From the NCBI RefSeq assembly GCF_965247185.1, contig NZ_CBDFHA010000001.1, positions 50,215 through 114,214 on the forward strand: a stretch of DNA of 64,000 nt. The letters are read 5' to 3'. A program made the position numbers and the translations under genes. This document shows, one piece after another, positions 54,149 to 64,000 of this stretch. The DNA is from Deinococcus sp. (GTDB lineage: Bacteria; Deinococcota; Deinococci; Deinococcales; Deinococcaceae). Each line of letters opens with the position of its first letter. The first letter of the stretch is position 1. The notes below the pieces were generated by a model. It was not told the origin of the DNA. It saw only the letters and a program-made list of their open reading frames with translations, and did no database searches.

Positions 54149-55644
54149 GAGAAGGCCCCGTGCCCCTGCATGGCCCGCAGACTCGTTTCCAGCCCGGCCA
54201 CGATTCGCGCCGCGTCGTCCGCCGTGTGCGCCGCCGACAGGTCGAGGGTGGGCAGCGTCTCCATGTACACGCCCTGAAGCCGCAGATAGAGCGTCAGCAG
54301 CCGCGCCGCCCGCACGTTGCCGGGGGTGAACGAACGGTAGTAGGCGCGGGCCGGGTTGCGGGCGTCTGTGGGCGAGACACCTGCCGGATCGGGCGGGTCG
54401 GTCTGGAACCCCAACATCGAGTACAGCCGGGGATGGCCGTCGAGCCGAATCGGGATGCCCAGTTCGGCGCTCAGCCGCTGCACCTGCGCCCCGACGTGGG
54501 CGTGGTGGGCGTCGAGCGGCGCGAACAGCTCCGGCCCCGCCGCCTTGAGTGAGCGCAGTTGCAGCAGCGAGGCGCTCAGGGCCAGCGAGTTGGCCGCGTG
54601 GGTGGTGCTGATCCAGACCTTGCCGCCCAGGTAGTCGCCCAGCAGTCCGGCGGTGCTGGCGCGGTTCATGATCTCGGCCCGCCCGCCCACCATGCTCAGC
54701 GGCAGGCCCAGCCCGGCGGTGATCTTGCCGAAGACGCTCAGGTCGGGCTGCACGTCGAAAGCCTCGGCGATGCCGCCGGGGGCCAGCCGGAAACCCGTCA
54801 CCACCTCGTCGCAGATCAGCGGAATGCCCAGTTCCAGCGTCAGGTCGCGCAGCCGCTGGGTAAAAGCCCGCGCTCCCGCCAGGTCGTTCATCATGAAGCG
54901 CGGCACCGGGTCGAGCAGCACGCCCGCCAATTCATGTGCATGCCGCTCGATCAGCTCGTAGGCCAGCTCGTCGCCGTAGGGCAAGATCAGGTAGTCCGCG
55001 CCCGCCGAGGGCGGCAGCCCCCCGGTGGCGACCTGCGGCACGATGGCCCCCAGCGGCCCCTCGCCCGTTCGCCCGGCCCAGGTCAGCGCGGTATTGACCA
55101 GCCCCGATTCGTGCCAGCCGTGATAGCAGCCCTCGAACTTGGCGATCAGCCCTCGGCGGGTATGGGCGCGGGCCAGCCGCAGCGCCGCCTCGACGGCGTC
55201 CGCCCCCGAATGCAGGAAGGCCACCCGCTCCAGCCCCGGCACCAGCGAGCGCACCAGCTCGGCGAGTTCCACACCCTCCTGCACGAAGTAACCCGCCCCC
55301 GGCCTGCGGCCCAGCGCCTCTCTCAGCCCCTCGACCACCTGCGGCGGGTTGTGGCCCAGGATGCCCGCCGTGTAGCCCATGTGGGCATCGATGTAGTCGT
55401 GCCCGTCCAGGCAGCGCAGATGAGACCCCGCCGCCGACAGGGCGCAGATCGGCAACAGCGGGCTGAAGTACGGCAGTTGCGAGCGGCCCGCCGAGACGCT
55501 CTCCAGGCTGCGGGCGTGCCACTCCAGCGAACGGCGCTGCCGGGTCGCCACCTGCGCCGCCACCCCCAGCAGCGCCCGGTTGCCGCCGCACAGAGTCGCC
55601 AGCGATCTGCCCTGGTCGGCGCTCAGCGTCCAGCCGGCGGTCAC
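54145..55644 (-). CDS. class III PLP aminotransferase (glutamate-1-semialdehyde aminomutase-like)
   Basis: GILGHNPPQVVEGL, FLHSGADAVEAALRLAR, ICDEVVTGFR and DLSVFGKITAGLGLP (PLP-Lys). I chose the GTG at 55644 because it forms a GTGA overlap with the upstream stop. The track ORF extends to 55731. Confidence 0.8.
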   Translation of the reverse strand: MTAGWTLSADQGRSLATLCGGNRALLGVAAQVATRQRRSLEWHARSLESVSAGRSQLPYFSPLLPICALSAAGSHLRCLDGHDYIDAHMGYTAGILGHNPPQVVEGLREALGRRPGAGYFVQEGVELAELVRSLVPGLERVAFLHSGADAVEAALRLARAHTRRGLIAKFEGCYHGWHESGLVNTALTWAGRTGEGPLGAIVPQVATGGLPPSAGADYLILPYGDELAYELIERHAHELAGVLLDPVPRFMMNDLAGARAFTQRLRDLTLELGIPLICDEVVTGFRLAPGGIAEAFDVQPDLSVFGKITAGLGLPLSMVGGRAEIMNRASTAGLLGDYLGGKVWISTTHAANSLALSASLLQLRSLKAAGPELFAPLDAHHAHVGAQVQRLSAELGIPIRLDGHPRLYSMLGFQTDPPDPAGVSPTDARNPARAYYRSFTPGNVRAARLLTLYLRLQGVYMETLPTLDLSAAHTADDAARIVAGLETSLRAMQGHGAFS

Positions 55645-57412
55645 GGCTGGCTCCCCGGCGCGGGCAGGAAGCCGCTTGCTACCATGCCGTCCAGGTAGTG
55701 CCGCACCCGCTCGGCGTCGATGGGTGGGCACTCGGTTCCCAGCGGCAGCAGGCGGCGGGCAGCCTCGGTTCCCTCGAAGTGCGGGTACTTCAAGCCGGTG
55801 GCCTCACCCACGCCCAGGTGCGCGATGATCGGCAGCAGCGGATACAGCGCGTTGTCCGGCCCCGCCGCCTCGATCCGGGTCTGCCAGTCGCCGTAGTCGG
55901 TGGCCCCCAGTGCGTAGCCATATGAACGCAGGTGCCCGAACAGCTCACTCAGCGGGCTGGCCTGCGGATTGACCAGGTGGTAGGTGCCGCCCAGCGCCCC
56001 GGCATCCAGGGCCAGCCGCACCGTTCCCGTCGCCGCGTAATCGGCGGTCACGATGTTGAGCGTGCTGGACACCTGCGGCAGCACGCCCAGTTGCACGCAG
56101 CCCCGGTACAGGCGGCACAGCGCGTCGTTCTGGTTGCTGACCCCGCTGGCGGTGTCGCCGCCGATGATGGCCGGGCGATACAGGCTGACCGGAATGCCGC
56201 GCGCCCGCGCCAGCAGCGCGACGCCCTCGGCCACCCAGCGGCTTTGGGCGTAGCCGCCGATGACGCTGGGCAGCCGCGAGATGTCCTCGGACTCGGGGAT
56301 GCTGGCCCGCCCCGCCAGTCTGGGGCTGCTAAAGATGTTGATGGTGCTGATGAAATGCACCGGTTTGAGCCGCCCCAGTGCCGCCAGCCGGAACAGGTCC
56401 TGACAGGCCGTGACATTGGCGGGCTTCAGGGTGGCGTACGCATACGCGAAATTGACGCCCGCCCCGGCGTGAAAGACCGCGTCCGCCGTTTCAGCTAGCG
56501 CCGTGAACTGCTCTTCGCTCAGCCCGAAGTGCGGCTGGCTCAGATCGCCGGGAACGGCCCGCAGGCGGGCTTCGTCCAGCGGGCGATCCGGCAGGTAGCG
56601 GCGCTGTGCCTGACGCAGGCGTTCCAGCGCGGCTTCCTCTGTCGCGGCCCGCACCAGGCAGTGAATGACCGCCTCGGTGCGGGCCTGGAGTTCGGCCAGC
56701 AGGTGAGCGCCAAAAAAGCCGGTGCCGCCGGTCAGGAGCAGGTGTCGCCAGTGGGCCGGATCGACCACGGCTGCACCTGGGGCAGGCCGGATGTCGTCAG
56801 CAAGCGTCACGTCGGCCCGGAGCTGCGAGGTGGGCCGCTCCAGGCCGCCCGTACCGCCCGTCTCGGCACCAGCCAGCCCCAACTCGGACAAGCCCAGCAC
56901 AGAGAGGTCGGCTTCCGGTTCCGGCGTCAGCGTGCGGGCCGCGCCCACGCCCAGCGCCAGCCCCGCCACCGTCGGCGTGCCGAAGACCAGGGCGATGGGC
57001 AACTCGGTACCGAACGCCGCGCTCAGCTTCACGCCCAGCTCGGCGGCCAGCAGCGAATCGCCACCCAGCAGAAAGAAATCGTCGTGCAGGCCGATGTCGG
57101 GGCGGCCCAGCACCTCGCGGAACAGCTCGAGCACCCGGCGTTCGGCGTCGTTCCGGGGGGCCAGCGCCTCGCCCGCCGCGCCCGCGCTGGGGTCTGGCAG
57201 CGCGTCCAGGTCGATCTTGCCGTTGCGGGTCAGCGGAAAGGCGGGCAGCAGCGCGTAGGCACGCGGCAGCAGGTGGGCGGGCAACTGCCGCTCCAGGCCG
57301 CGTCCCACCGCTGCCAGCAGCTCGGCCCCGCTGGGGGCGGTGGGCTGAAGTTCCAGCTCCGGCAGCAGGGCGCTCAGCAGCTCGTGCTGGGTGGGCGTCA
57401 GGTCGGGGGCGG

Positions 57413-57416
<4 letters not shown>
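55641..57416 (-). CDS. NRPS subunit: adenylation-domain C-terminal motifs (A9/A10) - PCP - thioester reductase (R) domain
   Basis: LPAHLLPRAYALLPAFPLTRNGKIDLDALP (A9/A10), FFLLGGDSLLAAEL (PCP), LLTGGTGFFGAHLL (NAD(P)-binding) and GGYAQSRWVAE (SDR active-site region). Confidence 0.85.
55737..56747 (-). other. terminal thioester reductase (NAD_binding_4-type) domain (approximate)
   Basis: About aa 224-560: TGGTGFFG ... YAQSR ... . Confidence 0.8.
56952..57155 (-). other. PCP (thiolation) domain (approximate)
   Basis: About aa 88-155 of the 55641-57416 product. Ser121 lies in GGDSL. Confidence 0.8.
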
Positions 57417-61239
<3,823 letters not shown>

Positions 61240-61243
<4 letters not shown>

Positions 61244-64000
61244 GCGCCGCCCGCTGCCGGAGGCGCGGCCCCCTCGCCCAGCAGCCCTTTCAGCAGCGCG
61301 TCGAGCTGGGCTTCCGGCAGGCTATCCAGCTCGGCGTCCATTGGAATGGGCAGCGGCGGCAGCGGATCGGCGCTCAGGTTCAGGCCCTCCAGCACGAACT
61401 CGCTCAGGCCGCGCAGGGTCACGCCGCTCACGAACTTCATCGGCGGAATCCTGACGCCGGTCTCGGCCTGAATCTGCCCGCCCAGCTCGACAGCCATCAG
61501 CGAATCCACGCCCATCTTCATGATCGCCTGATCGGCGTCGAGCTTGCCCGGCGAGGTGCCCAGGATGCGGGCGAGCTGCTCGGAGAGCCGCCCGAACAGC
61601 AGCTTCCAGCGCTCCCCCTCGTCCAGCCCGCGCAGCGTCTCCACAAAGTCGGCCTCGCCGCCTGCGCCTGCCTCGCCCAGGGGAGCGCCGTGCAGGGCCG
61701 CCAGCCTCGGAGGGAGCGCCGCGCCGCGCGCCCGGACGAGGGCAGGCCAGTGTAGCGCCGCCACCCCCACCGTCGCGGCGGGCGTATGCCACAGCGCTTC
61801 CAGCGCCGCCAGCAGCCGCGAGACCGGCACCGGCGTCACGCCCGCCGCCTCCAGTTGCGCCGCCACCCCGCTCTGGGTCGCCAGGTAGCCGACGTCAGCC
61901 ACCGCGCCCCAGGCCACGCTCAGGGCGGGTAGGCCCAGGCCCCGGCGGTGCTCGGCCAGCCCATCCAGAAAGGCGTTGGCGGCGGCGTAGTTGGCCTGCC
62001 CCAGGTTGCCGACCAGCGCGCTGACCGAGCTGAAGCACACGAACTGCTCCAGCTCGTCCCGGAGTGTCAGGGTGTGTAGGTTCCAGCCGCCCGCCACCTT
62101 CGGCCCGGTCACGCGGGCAAAGCGCTCCGGGGTCAGGCCCTCGATCAGCCCGTCATCGATCACCATCGCAGCGTGGAAGACGCCCAGCAGTGGCCCAGCC
62201 GTCCGCAGACCGTCCAGCAGCGCGCCCAGCGCCGCCGGATCGGCGATGTCGGCCCGCAGCGTCTGTACTTCTATCCCCTGCCCGCGCAGATGTTCGACCC
62301 GTGCCCGCGCCGCCTCGCTGCCTGTGCTGCGCCCCAGCAGCGCTAGCCGCCGCGCCCCGTGCGCCGCCAGCCACTCGGCCAGCGCCAGCCCAAAACCCCC
62401 CAGCCCGCCGCTGACGACGTACCAGCCGTCCGGGTTCAGCTCCAGCGTCTTCGGCGGACGGATCACCTGCGGGGGCACGCTCTGCGCGTCTTCTTGACCA
62501 GAACAGCGCCCATGAGGACGCTTGGCCGCCTCCATGCTCAGCACCACCTTGCCGGTGTGCCGCGCCTGCGCCATGAAGCGGAAAGCGCCGAGGGCCTGGT
62601 AGAAGGGGAAGACCCGGTAGGTCAGCGGCGACAGTTCGCCGCGCTCGAAGAGGCCCATCACCTCGCTCAGCAGTCGCCGCATCGGGCCAGGGCGATCCAC
62701 CCACATCCGGTCGAGATCGACGGCGAAGTACGACAGATTGTTGCGAAACGGCCCCAGGTCGAGCGGGCTGTTGCCGTAGATGTCGCGTTTGCCGATCTCG
62801 ACAAAGCGTCCGTAGGGCTTCAGGATCGCCAGGCTGCGCCCGATGGCGTCGCCGGACAGCGAGTTGAGCACGATGTCCACGCCCTGGCCGCCGGTCAGGG
62901 CCAGGATGTCTTCGGCAAAGTTGAGGGTGCGCGAGTCGAACACGGCGGCGGCACCCAGGCCCAGCAGCAGCTCGCGCTTTTCGGGCGTTCCGGCGGTGGC
63001 GTACACCGTGGCCCCCACCCGCCGCGCCAGCGCCAGCGCCGCCAGCCCCACGCCGCCCGCCGCCGCGTGGATCAGCACGCTGTCTTCCGGCCCCATCTGC
63101 GCCAGGGTGTGCAGCGCGTAGGAGGCGGTCATGAAGGCGATGGGCACTGCCGACAGCGCCTCGCTGCCCAGGTGGGCGGGTGCGGGCACGGCAAAGGTGG
63201 CGGGCACGGTCAGGTAGGTGCTCAGCGCGTCGCGGGCGCAGATGACCACCCGCTGACCCACACTCACGTCCGTGACACCTTCGCCGACCCGCACCACCTC
63301 GCCCGCCGCCTCCATGCCGTAGGCCCGCCCGGTGTAGCCGCCTTCCAGCGCCTCGTCCGGCAGCATGCCCATCGCCAGCATGATGTCCTTGAAGTTCAGC
63401 GCGGCGGCCTGCACCCGTAGCTCGACCTCTCCGGCGTCGGGGGCGCGGCGCGGCAGCTCCAGATAGCCCAGGCTGCCCAGCACGCCGCTTCTGGGCACCG
63501 TCAGGCGGTAGGCGCTGTCCTGCGGGGCTGATGAAGGAGGCGTCAAGTCGGCCAGCACGGGCCGGGTCAACCTATGCACGAAGCGTTTCCCGCTTCTGAA
63601 CGCCACCTCGTCTTCGGGGCTGGCCGCCAGCAGCTCGGACACCAGGGCGGGCAGCGCCTCCTGAAGTGGGGCCAGCGGGTCGAGATCGAGGCAGCGCGGG
63701 ATGAACTGCGGGTATTCGACTCCGACCACCCGCGCCAGCCCCCACAGCTCCGAGGCCGCCGGGTTGCACAGATCACCGCGCACAGCCTGAGCGCCGCGCG
63801 TGACCAGCCACAGGGCGGGCGCAGCGTCGGGGAAACTCTGCCCCACGCGGGCCAGTGCCTGCACCAGCGCCAGCGCCGCCTGTGCGCCCGTCGCCTCGGC
63901 GGCTTGAATGTCGGCAAGCGTGGGTTCGGCTGGAACCTCCAGGTTCCGCGCGAAGACGACGCCGGTCAGCGGCCCCCTGTGCAGCAGATCGGACAGCAGC
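61240..64000 (-). CDS. type I polyketide synthase, C-terminal part (psiKR - ER - KR - ACP); 5' end beyond the window
   Basis: The frame stays open to position 64000 (LLSDLLHRGPLTGVVFARNL... upstream of the track Met). ER: AAALNFKDIMLAMG, LIHAAAGGVGLAAL. KR: VVSGGLGGFGLALAEWL, HAAMVIDDG, GQANYAAANAFLD. ACP: MGVDSLMAVEL. The downstream NRPS GTG start overlaps this gene's stop (GTGA). Confidence 0.9.
61390..61617 (-). other. PKS ACP domain (approximate)
   Basis: About aa 750-825. Ser788 lies in GVDSL. Confidence 0.8.
61885..62427 (-). other. PKS ketoreductase catalytic domain (approximate)
   Basis: About aa 480-660. A VIDD (LDD-like) motif suggests a B-type KR. Confidence 0.7.
62489..62530 (+). 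repeat. dispersed ~42-nt repeat family, copy located inside the PKS coding sequence (ER-KR linker)
   Basis: tcttcttgaccagaacagcgcccatgaggacgcttggccgcc. On the coding (minus) strand it is read in frame as AAKRPHGRCSGQED. Confidence 0.8.
62536..63513 (-). other. PKS enoylreductase domain (approximate)
   Basis: About aa 118-443 counted from the track Met at 63864. Confidence 0.75.

Overview
GC-rich bacterial chromosomal window (roughly two-thirds G+C by eye, not computed). Signal peptides, GGAGG-type RBSs and gene content are reminiscent of Deinococcus, but that is an unverified guess. I saw no rRNA, tRNA or CRISPR array.

About 50 protein-coding genes are supported:
- 1-4.6 kb: an overlapping gabT / GNAT / amidohydrolase / gabD-like operon.
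- 4.8-16 kb: a Big_2 lipoprotein, an internally deleted IS630 transposase relic, two paralogous S8 (subtilisin-like) lipoprotein peptidases, a TPR/HD-GYP protein and membrane proteins.
- 16-21 kb: small redox/regulator genes (HxlR, a frameshifted SDR, VOC, ABM, saccharopine-dehydrogenase-like, SDR, TetR).
- 21.6-33.6 kb: a complete LacI-regulated myo-inositol uptake and catabolism locus (ABC transporter, iolG/D/E/C/J/B plus a second dehydrogenase) with two ACAAACGTTTG-type palindromic operators.
- 33.8-41.3 kb: a minus-strand signalling block. It holds a PAS-GAF histidine kinase, a 1151-aa TPR/HD-GYP/TPR/GGDEF protein, and a winged-helix/GAF/degenerate-GGDEF protein that keeps an RxxD I-site.
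- 41.5-44.6 kb: a CUT1-type sugar ABC transporter.
- 45.1-47.7 kb: two tandem TolB-like beta-propeller paralogs.
- 47.9-49.3 kb: an argininosuccinate-lyase-family gene.

The most interesting region is 49.96-64.0 kb and runs off the window edge. It is a translationally coupled hybrid type I PKS / thiazole-forming NRPS gene cluster: psiKR-ER-KR-ACP, then Cy-A(Cys-type)-Ox, then A9/A10-PCP-R, then a class III aminotransferase, a two-domain GNAT-like protein, a HemN-like radical SAM enzyme with an unusual CX7CX2C motif, KAS III and an ACP.

Unusual details in that cluster:
- The adenylation domain is split across two ORFs at a G5 homopolymer.
- The reductase domain has YxxxR where YxxxK is expected.
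- One copy of a dispersed ~42-nt repeat sits in frame in the PKS ER-KR linker. The other four copies are intergenic.

Everything here rests on reading the translated ORFs and the DNA. No database search was run.
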